DNA from: Cylindrospermum sp. FACHB-282
GTDB lineage: Bacteria; Cyanobacteriota; Cyanobacteriia; Cyanobacteriales; Nostocaceae
DNA length: 32,000 nucleotides
Assembly: GCF_014697195.1 (NCBI RefSeq)
Contig: NZ_JACJRJ010000023.1
Coordinates: forward strand, 60,755-92,754
Direction of reading: 5' to 3'
The notes under the pieces were generated by a model that was not told where the DNA came from, did not search any database, and saw only the letters and a list, made by a program, of their open reading frames with translations. The translations under genes were made by a program, and so were the position numbers. This document shows, piece after piece, positions 8,301 through 17,447 of the stretch (positions within the stretch are counted from its first letter, which is position 1; each line of letters opens with the position of its first letter).

Positions 8301-9278
8301 ATGAATACTTTTTTTTGCTCTGACTATTCGCGGCAAATAGGAGAAGATGTTATTGGTAGCGCCACCAATTACCAAACTTATGTTTTAGTGGAATGTCCTC
8401 CACCTTGGGGATCAGAATCCTTTAACTCCAAATGGGTACCAGAAAACTTGCGGTTTTTGGTAGAGGAGGTGAAGCGTGCTAGACTACCAATTAGCTTTCT
8501 GTTAATTGCTAATGATTCATCACACAAAGTAGATATTACAACCCTGTTGATTTATCAAAAACAAGAGGGTTTAAGCAATGGCTACCGCAAGGAAGAATTT
8601 AAGCTAGAAAATATTGAGCAAGTAGCCAATTTTGTCCGTAAATATTTACGGGGGATAAGTCCTAAATCTGAAGTAGAAACTAGTGCAACTAGAGATATTT
8701 TAGTCTGTACCCACGGTAGCCATGATAAGTGCTGCGCTAGATATGGCAATCCCTTTTATTTTCATGCTACAGATACTATTGCTAATTTGGATTTGGACAA
8801 TGTACGGCTTTGGAAATCAACCCATTTTGGCGGACATAGATTTGCTCCCACAGCCATAGATTTGCCAGAAGGAAGATATTACGGTCTTCTAGATCAAGAT
8901 ACATTCAGTTCGATTTTAACCCGTACTGGTGATATTCAATGCTTAAATAAAGTCTATCGTGGCTGGGGAATTCTGCCAACTGCGCTACAGGTGTTGGAAA
9001 GAGAATTAATCCTGAGCCACGGATGGGATTGGTTTAACTACAAAGTAGTTGGCAAAATTCTAGAGCAAAGTTTAGACAACAATACAATTCTCGCTGAACT
9101 AAGTTATGAAAAACCTTCTGGTTCTCTCTACACTTACCAAGCTAAACTTGTGAAAGATGCCGTTAAGAGTCAAGAAATGCGGACTTCTTGTAATGCTCTG
9201 CAACAGTCAGTGGTTGTAAAATATGCTGTAGAAAATCTCTATCTTACCTCTAGGAAGGTAGTAACTTATAGTGTGTAA
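8301..9278 (+). CDS. Sucrase/ferredoxin-like (thioredoxin-like [2Fe-2S]) family protein
   Basis: The motif ILVCTHGSHDKCCARYG ... HFGGHRFAP is characteristic of the sucrase-ferredoxin-like family. Confidence 0.75.
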   Translation: MNTFFCSDYSRQIGEDVIGSATNYQTYVLVECPPPWGSESFNSKWVPENLRFLVEEVKRARLPISFLLIANDSSHKVDITTLLIYQKQEGLSNGYRKEEFKLENIEQVANFVRKYLRGISPKSEVETSATRDILVCTHGSHDKCCARYGNPFYFHATDTIANLDLDNVRLWKSTHFGGHRFAPTAIDLPEGRYYGLLDQDTFSSILTRTGDIQCLNKVYRGWGILPTALQVLERELILSHGWDWFNYKVVGKILEQSLDNNTILAELSYEKPSGSLYTYQAKLVKDAVKSQEMRTSCNALQQSVVVKYAVENLYLTSRKVVTYSV

Positions 9279-9401
9279 AAATCTGGGTTATGCATCTACT
9301 AAAAATCCTAGTTGTAATTGAAGATTTGGCCTACTTAGTTAAGTAGCCATCGTAAAGTGCGTACACCATAACCCATGAAAAAACCTGAGTTAATCCTGCC
9401 T

Positions 9402-9471
9402 ATTACCAATTACCCATTACCCATTACCCATTACCCATTACCCATTACCAATTACCAATTACCCATTACCT
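9402..9471. repeat. Heptanucleotide STRR array (attaccc/attacca) x10
   Basis: Ten consecutive 7-nt units run from 9402 to 9471. The array overlaps the last codons and the stop codon of the minus-strand patB-like ORF. Confidence 0.95.
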
Positions 9472-11054
9472 ATATTTAGCAGTTTACGTAGTAGAGCTTG
9501 GTCTTCTAATTTGGGTTTTAAACGACCATTTTCGACATCGCGAATCCAGCTTTGACTTTTACCTGTGAGCTTTGCTAATTCTCTCTGGGAGAGATTCAGA
9601 TTTTTTCGCGCTTGTAAAATCTGTTCGCCTAGCAAATCGCCTGTAGGTTTAGGCTTTTTTTTGGTCTTAGCAGTTCGCCGCTGTTGTTTGTCTGATTCTG
9701 AGTTTTGCTGATCCCATTCTGGGGGAAGTTCAAAAGACAAAATCCGGGCATTCATCAGCAGATTCCACTTACCGCGGGGCCCTGTGTCTGTGAGGCGAGT
9801 CTCACCCCCACCGTCATTAATCCAAAATTCCAAAGCTTCATCTGGATCTTCGGGTATATCGACTAATTTCGCCCACAAGGGTTGGATTTCTGGGGGGTAT
9901 GTAACTGGGTCAAAAAGTGGTTTGATTCCGTAATGATTGAGCATTTCCAAATCACTTTCAAAGGTTCGCAGCAGGCGCTTGCGTTCTTCCCGTTGTCTGG
10001 CGGCTAGGGTAACTTTTTCTTCACCATAAGCAACTCGTAGCAAAGTAGGAATGGTGATGCGTTGTTCTTTGCCCATTTTGGTTTTAAACAGCAACCATAA
10101 CATGAGTCTGACGGCTCCTTCATGTTGCTGCCAAATACTCATAACTGTAGTTAAGAGGGTTTTGGGTAGACTGCCATATTGATAAAATGCGGTTCGGTCT
10201 TTACAGGCTTGTTTGTTTAAGAAATGTTGGCTCCAGATGCCGGCTTTAATTTTAAAAGTCAGTCCGATGAGATATTTGCACCCTTGATCATCTTCTTGAA
10301 AGTGGTGTTCAATTTTCGTCAAATGCCACAAGGGACTTTGTGTAACTGAGAATCCCTTAATTCGACCTTGTTGGGGCCAGTCAATGGAAATGATCAGGGA
10401 GCAAGCTTGCTGAACGATGTTTTTCATTAAACTCAGCTTGGCAATTTTGCTCAGGTCTTTGCGTTTCTCTAGCCCTAAATATTTTTCAATTTGGCGCTCG
10501 TCGATGGCAAATTCTTGCTCCCAAGGTTGATCTAAGGCTGTAGCATGGGCGGCGAAAATCAGATGTATGGCTGCGGCTCGGATATCTAGTCCTTCAATTG
10601 CTTGTAAGTCTGTGACGCGATTGCTTACTTGCAATGGATCTTGGATGTGAAAGGTAATTGCCCCCCGGCCTTGATTAACTTGTCGGCTATAACATAAGTA
10701 GCCTTCTTCATCTGTCTCCCAATGTAGGGATGTGCGCTGGGACAATAGGTTGCAAGCTTCCCAAATTGCGATCGCAGAAGCATAAGGATGATTCTTACCA
10801 TTAGAAAATAAATCTTGACTGGTAGCATCTCGCGGTTCAACTTTACATCTGCCCTTTTTTGCCCGCCAAGGTATGGGAGAATTTGTTGGACAGACGATTA
10901 CACATTGGGGTTCAGGATAAAAACCCTCACAATTGTTACAAAGACAAGGATCGATCCAGTATTCACCGTTCTCTATTTTGATTGCACCCGTGGGACATAG
11001 GGGACGACAGTTGTCACATCCAACGCAACTGTTGTTAGGAATTGTATAAGGCAT
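9459..11054 (-). CDS. patB: PatB/CnfR-type transcriptional regulator: N-terminal 2x[4Fe-4S] ferredoxin-like domain plus C-terminal XRE-type HTH
   Basis: The N-terminus has CVGCDNCRPLCP and CLCNNCEGFYPEPQCVIVCP. The C-terminus reads LNLSQRELAKLTGKSQSWIRDVENGR. At 531 aa it is close to the ~529 aa I recall for Anabaena PatB. It is divergent from a ferredoxin-cox operon, as I recall for Anabaena PCC 7120 (all2512). Confidence 0.8.
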   Translation of the reverse strand: MPYTIPNNSCVGCDNCRPLCPTGAIKIENGEYWIDPCLCNNCEGFYPEPQCVIVCPTNSPIPWRAKKGRCKVEPRDATSQDLFSNGKNHPYASAIAIWEACNLLSQRTSLHWETDEEGYLCYSRQVNQGRGAITFHIQDPLQVSNRVTDLQAIEGLDIRAAAIHLIFAAHATALDQPWEQEFAIDERQIEKYLGLEKRKDLSKIAKLSLMKNIVQQACSLIISIDWPQQGRIKGFSVTQSPLWHLTKIEHHFQEDDQGCKYLIGLTFKIKAGIWSQHFLNKQACKDRTAFYQYGSLPKTLLTTVMSIWQQHEGAVRLMLWLLFKTKMGKEQRITIPTLLRVAYGEEKVTLAARQREERKRLLRTFESDLEMLNHYGIKPLFDPVTYPPEIQPLWAKLVDIPEDPDEALEFWINDGGGETRLTDTGPRGKWNLLMNARILSFELPPEWDQQNSESDKQQRRTAKTKKKPKPTGDLLGEQILQARKNLNLSQRELAKLTGKSQSWIRDVENGRLKPKLEDQALLRKLLNIGNG

Positions 11055-11466
11055 CGTGCTTCTTTTCCTACTCTAATCGTTGGGATGTTCGGCTCATTTC
11101 TCCCCTTGATGTGTCCTCTTTATTCATACCTGGCTACCAAATTATCTTTATTACAAAAAAAATATTTTTTGCCTCACTAATTACCACATCCAGATTCGGA
11201 CTTTGCATTCAATTGGCAGCTATTTAACCCTTTCCAGCCGCGCCTTTATTGCTTCTTCATTAACTATACATTTCATAAAGATTTCGATAAGATTGTTCAG
11301 GGTGAGCTTAGAAGTATTTCTTAAGGTTTGCCAGCATATTTACTCCCATAATTGTTCGTTTTTGACTAAAAAGACTTAGCTAAAGTGTTTTTGAGTAACA
11401 TCTCTGAGTGCTAGGTTTTAATTAAAAACGCATATTTCAAAATAAGTGATATAAATGGTTCGTTCA

Positions 11467-11497
11467 GATCCCCGACTTCTTAAAGAAGTCGGGGATC
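11467..11497. repeat. Palindromic repeat gatccccgacttcttaaagaagtcggggatc
   Basis: Perfect 14-bp stem. A sister copy lies at 16260-16290. Confidence 0.9.
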
Positions 11498-11697
11498 TCG
11501 TGTTCAGTGAACAAAATTTTATTGCTAAAAACTATCATTTATAAATGTCTATCAAACAGGATAAGTACCTGGTAGATCAAGTCATCAAAGTTTGATGGTA
11601 AAAAGTAAATTTTTAACATTAAAACCCAAAAAACTTAAGCTAGTATGATGATTAAAGTACAAACCAATTTGTAGGCAAAATTGCCGGGGATTTATTT

Positions 11698-11991
11698 ATG
11701 GCACAACTAACAGGATTGACTTATGGCGGTAAAACTTGGACACCAAAATTTGCTCAAGAGATTGACAAAGATAAATGTATCGGTTGTGGCAGATGTATTA
11801 AAGTGTGTGGTCACAATGTGTTGGGTTTAAAGGCACTCAACGAAGAAGGGGAATTTGTAGAAGATGAAGATGATGAAGAAATTGAACGCAAAGTAATGGC
11901 TGTTACTTCCCCTGAAAACTGTATTGGTTGTGAAGCTTGTTCGCGGATTTGTCCCAAGAACTGCTACAGCCATACCACAGTAAACAATTAA
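11698..11991 (+). CDS. 2[4Fe-4S] ferredoxin, nif-associated ferredoxin-III-like
   Basis: 97 aa with two CxxCxxCxxxC(P) motifs ([14 protein letters not shown] and [15 protein letters not shown]) separated by an acidic insert (EDEDDEE). It sits between patB and coxBAC. Confidence 0.85.
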   Translation: MAQLTGLTYGGKTWTPKFAQEIDKDKCIGCGRCIKVCGHNVLGLKALNEEGEFVEDEDDEEIERKVMAVTSPENCIGCEACSRICPKNCYSHTTVNN

Positions 11992-12322
11992 GGCTTTCTG
12001 GGTCTAATCAAGGTTGTAGTTTTTACAAGGAGGCACTATTTAAAGGGCGAATTGCCAAGCAAGGTAACGAGAGGGGAATGCTAAATATTTACCGGAATCG
12101 GGTAAAAAGTTCACAGTAAACAAAAACGTAAATCGCAAATTGTTATCTATTAACAAATTAATACTTGCTGCTAATTTAGCCTAATGAATATGCAGTGCTG
12201 AGTTCTGAGTTGTTAAAGTAAAAATTACGCTCAGAACAAAACTTTTCTTATGGCTACTTCTAGCTGTAGCTATGAGGTTTTACTCGGCACTATTCACGGT
12301 GTAGTCTTAAAAAATTAGCTTT

Positions 12323-12351
12323 TCCGGAAATAGGATGGCTATGTTTGTAAT
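12323..12351 (+). promoter_or_regulatory. Candidate DIF-type (TCCGGA at -35) heterocyst-specific promoter for the cox operon
   Basis: TCCGGA lies at 12323-12328, then a 17-nt spacer, then TGTAAT at 12346-12351 (5/6 match to TATAAT). This is about 380 nt upstream of the coxB ATG. Only 3 TCCGGA hexamers occur in the window. Confidence 0.35.
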
Positions 12352-12451
12352 AGGATATCAAATAAAATTTTTAATTTTCTGGGGGAAGGATATGAAAAAA
12401 TCTGGAAGTTTCCCCCCTTTTTTCTGGCTTCAAGTTAGAAAGTTAGTAAGT

Positions 12452-12665
12452 GGGATCAGGATTTAAGGATGAAGGGATGAGCAGGATAAAAGGATTTAAT
12501 CAGGATTTAAGGATAACAGGATGAGCAGGATTAATCTTGAGACTTCTCAAGTTAATCATGTTAATTCTTTAATCTGAGAATCTTCAGGATGACAGGATGA
12601 GCAGGATTAGTCTTTATACCTGAAATCAATCTTGTTAATCTTGTTAATCCTAAAATCCTGATCCC
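12452..12665. mobile_element. MITE-like 214-bp element with 18-bp terminal inverted repeats in the coxB upstream region
   Basis: The left end gggatcaggatttaagga (12452-12469) matches the reverse complement of the right end tcctaaaatcctgatccc (12648-12665) at 17 of 18 positions. Inside are 3 copies of aggatgagcaggat and a central palindrome cttgagacttctcaag. Confidence 0.6.
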
Positions 12666-12728
12666 GATTACTAATACTTTCCCAGAAAATCGCTCCTTTA
12701 TTTACGGTTTACAGCGCAGGTAACATAT

Positions 12729-13700
12729 ATGCAAAAAGTCCCTGTTTCACTGTGGACGCTGTTAGCTGGGTTGTTAATTTCAGCTATCAGTATCTTGATT
12801 GGTCAAAACCATACTCTAATGCCGGTGCAAGCATCGCTGCAAGCGCCTTTGGTAGACGGATTCTTCAATATCATGTTTACCATCGCTATTGCCCTGTTTT
12901 TAGTAGTAGAAGGAACCATTGTAATTTTTTTGATTAAGTATCGTCGCCGTCGGGGTGATGATACTGATGGTGTGCCTGTGGAAGGGAACACTGCTTTAGA
13001 AATTTTTTGGACTGCTGTCCCTACAGTAATTGTGGTTGTTTTGGGCATCTACAGTGTAGATGTTTATAACAAAATGGGCGGGTTTGAGCCTGCGGGACAT
13101 GTCCATTCTTCGGCTCATGTTGCTCATGTTTCAGGTAGTGCAATGGCTGCTACTTTGAATGATCAATCAGCATCAACAACTGAGGCGTCAATCGGTATTG
13201 GTGGGACGCCTAATGCTCAAGGTAAGCCAGCGGATTTGGTTGTTGATGTGAAGGGGATTCAGTACGCTTGGTTGTTTAACTATCCTGAAAGTGGGATTTC
13301 GGCGGGGGAATTACACGTTCCTGTTGGTGCTGATGTGCAGTTGAATCTATCAGCGGATGATGTGATTCATTCTTTTTGGGTGCCAAACTTCCGGTTGAAG
13401 CAAGATGCGCTTCCTGGTATTCCGACTGAATTGCGTTTCACCGCCACAAAAGTAGGTACATATCCTGTTGTTTGTGCGGAATTGTGCGGTGGTTATCACG
13501 GTTCGATGCGATCGCAAGTCATTGTCCACACCCCAGAAGATTATCAAAGCTGGCTGACAGAAAACCAAGTTGCACAACAGCAAGATATGCAACAAGCGGT
13601 TGCAGTTAACCCAGCTAATTTATCAACTTCGGAGTTTCTTGCACCTCATGTTCATGACATGGGGATTAGTGCTGCAACTCTGGCCCAGCTACAGAAATAG
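12729..13700 (+). CDS. coxB: Cytochrome c oxidase subunit II
   Basis: Two N-terminal TM helices. CuA site is HSFWVPNFRLKQDALPG ... CAELCGGYHGSM. Confidence 0.95.
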   Translation: MQKVPVSLWTLLAGLLISAISILIGQNHTLMPVQASLQAPLVDGFFNIMFTIAIALFLVVEGTIVIFLIKYRRRRGDDTDGVPVEGNTALEIFWTAVPTVIVVVLGIYSVDVYNKMGGFEPAGHVHSSAHVAHVSGSAMAATLNDQSASTTEASIGIGGTPNAQGKPADLVVDVKGIQYAWLFNYPESGISAGELHVPVGADVQLNLSADDVIHSFWVPNFRLKQDALPGIPTELRFTATKVGTYPVVCAELCGGYHGSMRSQVIVHTPEDYQSWLTENQVAQQQDMQQAVAVNPANLSTSEFLAPHVHDMGISAATLAQLQK

Positions 13701-13728
13701 TGAGGGTACAGCACTGCTGTGCCTCTAC
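13700..13728. repeat. Hairpin repeat gtgagggtacagcactgctgtgcctctac in the coxB-coxA spacer
   Basis: Related to the 5130-5158 copy. It begins at the last base of the coxB stop codon. Confidence 0.8.
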
Positions 13729-13757
13729 CAACTGAACAAATTGCCACAAAATAGCTT

Positions 13758-15425
13758 ATGACACAAGTTGAGTTTCCCCGGAATACGCCATCCGCAGGAA
13801 ATCACTCCTCTCATCCCACGGCGTGGAAATGGCAAGATTACTTTACATTTAATGTTGACCACAAGGTGATTGGTATCCAATACCTGGTGACAGCGTTTTT
13901 CTTTTATCTCATCGGTGGACTGATGGCGATCGCTATCCGTGCCGAATTAGCTACACCAGATTCAGATGTCCTTGACCCGAATCTGTATAACGCTTTCATG
14001 ACCAATCACGGGACGATCATGATCTTTTTATGGATCGTTCCTAGTGCGATTGGGGGATTTGGCAACTATCTAGTACCGCTGATGATTGGTGCTAGGGATA
14101 TGGCTTTCCCGAAACTGAATGCGATCGCCTTTTGGTTAAACCCACCAGCGGGATTACTGCTGTTGGGTAGTTTCATTTTTGGCGGTTCTCAATCAGGCTG
14201 GACAGCTTACCCACCTTTAAGTTTGGTGACAGCACACGCTGCTCAAACTATGTGGATTTTAGCGATCGTTTTGGTGGGAACTTCCTCAATTTTGGGTTCG
14301 GTGAACTTTGTGATCACCATCCTGATGATGAAGGTTCCTAGCATGAAATGGGATCAAGTGCCCTTGTTCTGTTGGGCAATGTTGGCAACTTCCATCCTGG
14401 CACTTCTCTCTACACCAGTGTTAGCAGCGGGTTTAGTGCTGCTGTTGTTTGACCTAAACTTTGGTACTTCCTTCTTTAAACCAGATGCCGGCGGTAACGT
14501 AGTTATTTACCAGCATTTATTCTGGTTTTATTCTCACCCGGCAGTTTATTTAATGATTCTGCCCATCTTCGGCATTATGTCCGAGGTAATTCCGGTACAC
14601 GCGCGCAAACCAATTTTTGGTTATAAGGCGATCGCCTATTCTAGCGTCGCTATTTGCGTCGTCGGTTTGTTCGTCTGGGTTCACCACATGTTTACCAGCG
14701 GCACATCCGGGCCGATGCGGATCTTCTTCACCATCACTACTCTAATTGTCGCCGTCCCCACTGGCGTCAAAATATTCGGCTGGGTTGCTACCCTCTGGGG
14801 TGGTAAAATCCGTTTCACCAGCGCCATGCTGTTTGCGATCGGCTTATTATCCATGTTCGTCATGGGTGGTTTAAGCGGCGTCACCATGGGAACAGCCCCC
14901 TTTGACCTTCACGTCCACGACACCTATTATGTCGTCGGACACTTCCACTATGTCCTGTTTGGTGGTTCTGTGTTTGGCATCTACGCCGGCATCTACCACT
15001 GGTTCCCCAAAATGACAGGCCGGAAGCTAGATGAAACCTGGGGTCGTGTTCACTTTGCCCTCACCTTCATCGGCACTAATCTCACCTTCTTACCCATGCA
15101 TGAATTGGGTTTGCAAGGAATGCCCCGACGAGTTGCTATGTATGACCCGCAATTTGTCAACCTCAATGTAATTTGCACCATCGGTTCATTTGTCTTGGGG
15201 ATATCGGTACTTCCTTTTGCTTACAACATCATTCAAAGTTGGCGCAAAGGTGCATTAGCTGGTGATAACCCTTGGCAAGCTTTAACCTTAGAATGGACAA
15301 CCAGTTCTCCACCCATCATTGAAAACTGGGAAGTGCTGCCTGTTGTCACTCATGGCCCTTACGATTACGGTCATGGACACAGCGAAAGAGCACAACCACC
15401 TGGAACGCCAGAAGTTAGTGTTTAG
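13758..15425 (+). CDS. coxA: Cytochrome c oxidase subunit I
   Basis: 555 aa with 12 TM helices. Family motifs present: GNYLVPLMIGARDMAFPKLN, WFYSHPAVY, VWVHHMFTSG and VVGHFHYVL. Confidence 0.97.
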   Translation: MTQVEFPRNTPSAGNHSSHPTAWKWQDYFTFNVDHKVIGIQYLVTAFFFYLIGGLMAIAIRAELATPDSDVLDPNLYNAFMTNHGTIMIFLWIVPSAIGGFGNYLVPLMIGARDMAFPKLNAIAFWLNPPAGLLLLGSFIFGGSQSGWTAYPPLSLVTAHAAQTMWILAIVLVGTSSILGSVNFVITILMMKVPSMKWDQVPLFCWAMLATSILALLSTPVLAAGLVLLLFDLNFGTSFFKPDAGGNVVIYQHLFWFYSHPAVYLMILPIFGIMSEVIPVHARKPIFGYKAIAYSSVAICVVGLFVWVHHMFTSGTSGPMRIFFTITTLIVAVPTGVKIFGWVATLWGGKIRFTSAMLFAIGLLSMFVMGGLSGVTMGTAPFDLHVHDTYYVVGHFHYVLFGGSVFGIYAGIYHWFPKMTGRKLDETWGRVHFALTFIGTNLTFLPMHELGLQGMPRRVAMYDPQFVNLNVICTIGSFVLGISVLPFAYNIIQSWRKGALAGDNPWQALTLEWTTSSPPIIENWEVLPVVTHGPYDYGHGHSERAQPPGTPEVSV

Positions 15426-15523
15426 TTACTCCTATTCTACGGACAAAATACCTAATTTTAAAGGAACCGCCAAGGAAGAGTATAAGTAGGTAGTTTTGTG
15501 GTGCAAGGGGAGTAAGAAACTAA

Positions 15524-15587
15524 TTTTGTGGGACGGAAAATCTCTCTTTGATAATGGGCGGGTGAGATATCTGTCCCACAATAAAAT
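15524..15587. repeat. Dispersed repeat (ttttgtgggacgg ... gggcgggtgagatatctgtcccacaataaaat) in the coxA-coxC spacer
   Basis: Same family as 5231-5297. It explains the spurious 87-aa minus-strand ORF at 15432-15695. Confidence 0.75.
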
Positions 15588-15655
15588 CAGGACTGTGACG
15601 CCTTTAATTGCCCTACGCTTCATCCTTATTGGGCATTTATTCTGAGAGTAAAAAG

Positions 15656-16243
15656 ATGACCATAGCGACGACAACAAGCGAACATCACGAAGCACATCCA
15701 GATTTGCGAGTCTGGGGACTGTTAACGTTTCTGGCTTCTGAATCCCTAATGTTTGGGGGATTTTTTGCTACTTATTTGTTCTTTAAAGCCATCACACCAG
15801 TTTGGCCACCAGAAGGAATGGAAGTAGAGTTATTTGTGCCGACGATTAACACCATTATTCTGGTTTCTAGTAGTTTCGTCATTCACTTGGGTGATGTGGC
15901 GATTAAAAAGAATAATGTTAAGGGAATGCGTTTGTGGTATGGAATTACTGCAATCATGGGCGCGATTTTCTTGGTTGGTCAAGTGTATGAGTACACGAAT
16001 TTAGGCTACGGTCTAACTACCAACGTTTTCTCCAACTGCTTTTACATCTTGACTGGGTTCCACGGGTTACACGTTTTTGTGGGACTGTTGTGGATGTTGA
16101 ATGTATTGTGGCGATCGCGCGTTCCTGGTCATTATTCTGCCACCAATCACACTGGCATTGAAATGGCAGAAATTTATTGGCACTTTGTAGACATCATCTG
16201 GATTGTGCTCTTCACCTTGGTCTACATTCTCAATATTTTCTAA
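15656..16243 (+). CDS. coxC: Cytochrome c oxidase subunit III
   Basis: The ATG at 15656 (MTIATTTSEHHEAHPDLRVWG) is preferred to the TTG at 15608. Motifs present: FLASESLMFGGFF, TGFHGLHVFVG and YWHFVDIIWIVLF. Confidence 0.93.
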   Translation: MTIATTTSEHHEAHPDLRVWGLLTFLASESLMFGGFFATYLFFKAITPVWPPEGMEVELFVPTINTIILVSSSFVIHLGDVAIKKNNVKGMRLWYGITAIMGAIFLVGQVYEYTNLGYGLTTNVFSNCFYILTGFHGLHVFVGLLWMLNVLWRSRVPGHYSATNHTGIEMAEIYWHFVDIIWIVLFTLVYILNIF

Positions 16244-16259
16244 ATTGGTAATTCAACAA

Positions 16260-16290
16260 GATTCCCGACTTCTTAGAGAAGTCGGGAATC
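16260..16290 (+). terminator. Palindromic repeat gattcccgacttcttagagaagtcgggaatc, 17 nt after the coxC stop; possible operon terminator or RNA-stability element
   Basis: Perfect 14-bp stem with a 3-nt loop. No clear T-run follows, so a terminator function is inferred only from position. Confidence 0.4.
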
Positions 16291-16314
16291 TGAAGCCTAT
16301 TACCCTAGGAGGTT

Positions 16315-16803
16315 ATGATGCAAGTTGATGCCCAAAAGTTATCATGGTTTCAGGTTCCAGAAGATATCAAAGAGTTATTGATATTGGCAGCGAAAACCTG
16401 GGAAAATACCGCAGAATCTGAAAAGTATATGCAACAAGCTTTAGCTAAAGCTGGGGAAAACATTGATGTTTTAATTGCAGCTTATAGATATTTTTACTAC
16501 AAAAATAACTTTATTCTTGCACTGCAAACAGTAGTCAAAGTCACAGATAAAATTAAAGCAGCCGAGAATTTTTCTGATGATTGGGCAACGCTTAAACCGA
16601 TATTAGTTAAGCGTAAAGAAGAACCCCAAATTAGATTGTACTTAAATGCTTATGCTGCTTCTGGATTAGTCTTAGCTAAATTAGGAGCAATAGAGCAAGC
16701 TAAAGAAGTTAGTGCCAGGGTTAAAGAGATTGATGAAAAAAATGATTTTGGTGCCGGTATCCTCTTGGATATTTTGACACGTCCACCAGAAGAAGATGAT
16801 TAG
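16315..16803 (+). CDS. Hypothetical all-helical (TPR-like?) protein downstream of coxC
   Basis: 162-aa ORF preceded by taggagg. Acidic C-terminus. No motif recognised. Confidence 0.6.
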   Translation: MMQVDAQKLSWFQVPEDIKELLILAAKTWENTAESEKYMQQALAKAGENIDVLIAAYRYFYYKNNFILALQTVVKVTDKIKAAENFSDDWATLKPILVKRKEEPQIRLYLNAYAASGLVLAKLGAIEQAKEVSARVKEIDEKNDFGAGILLDILTRPPEEDD

Positions 16804-16835
16804 TTTTTTGTTATTGGTTATTCAGTTTAAAGATT

Positions 16836-17447
16836 ATGACAGGTAAGGATTGGCTTGTAACTGGAGATGGGCAGTATCAAGCCTGTAAATCGGCGAGAGC
16901 ATGGGATTTGTTGCGGGATAATTATCGCCTTTATCGGTTTCTAACTGAGGTAGAGGATGTGATCAACCATGCTGAAGATGAATCTATTTTTTTACCTAAA
17001 ATTCGGTTGTTGGTAAGGCGATTGATTGTAAATTCCTATTGGGTGCAGAGTCAATTTTTAGAACCTGATCCAAAAACGGGAACTTCTGTTTTGCTGCTTT
17101 ACCATGAGTTAGGTTTTCCGTTAACGGTGCAAATGGTAAGTTTTGCCCCCGGAACAACCTCTAATATTCATAATCATGGAACTTGGGGAGTAGTGGCGGT
17201 GTTAAAAGGTCAAGAAAAAAATACTTTTTGGCGGCGAAGTCAGAGTCTTGAGTTTCCAGATAAAATTGAAACTACGGGAGAAATTAGTTTATTACCTGGT
17301 GACATAATTAGCTTGACTCATGATGCAATACATAGTGTAAAAGCGGTGGGTGATGAACCAACTGTTACTTTTAATATTTATGGCGAAACTGATTCAAGAA
17401 AAAGATTTGAGTTTGATGTAGTTAACCATATTGCTAAAAAGTTTTAA
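16836..17447 (+). CDS. Cupin-fold protein, cysteine dioxygenase type I-like
   Basis: The His-rich metal site (TTSNIHNHGTWGVVAVLKGQE ... HDAIHSV) is typical of the CDO-like double-stranded beta-helix family. It starts 32 nt after the preceding gene. Confidence 0.7.
   Translation: MTGKDWLVTGDGQYQACKSARAWDLLRDNYRLYRFLTEVEDVINHAEDESIFLPKIRLLVRRLIVNSYWVQSQFLEPDPKTGTSVLLLYHELGFPLTVQMVSFAPGTTSNIHNHGTWGVVAVLKGQEKNTFWRRSQSLEFPDKIETTGEISLLPGDIISLTHDAIHSVKAVGDEPTVTFNIYGETDSRKRFEFDVVNHIAKKF

Noticed and set aside
8037-8375. 112-aa minus-strand ORF
   Set aside because: It overlaps both the 7765-8211 ORF and the start of the sucrase-ferredoxin-like gene in antisense. No motifs were found.
11042-12119. 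61-aa ORF (11042-11227) and 60-aa ORF (11937-12119)
   Set aside because: Both are short and hydrophobic or low-complexity. They overlap the patB start region or the ferredoxin 3' end and have no RBS or motif support.
11055-12728. NtcA binding sites (GTA-N8-TAC) in the patB/ferredoxin and ferredoxin/coxB intergenic regions
   Set aside because: I checked every GTA by eye and none is followed by TAC after 8 nt. The nearest cases were GTA-N8-ACA and GTA-N8-TCA, so no site is reported.
15432-15695. 87-aa minus-strand ORF in the coxA-coxC spacer
   Set aside because: It lies over a dispersed repeat, runs antisense into the coxC start, and has implausible composition.
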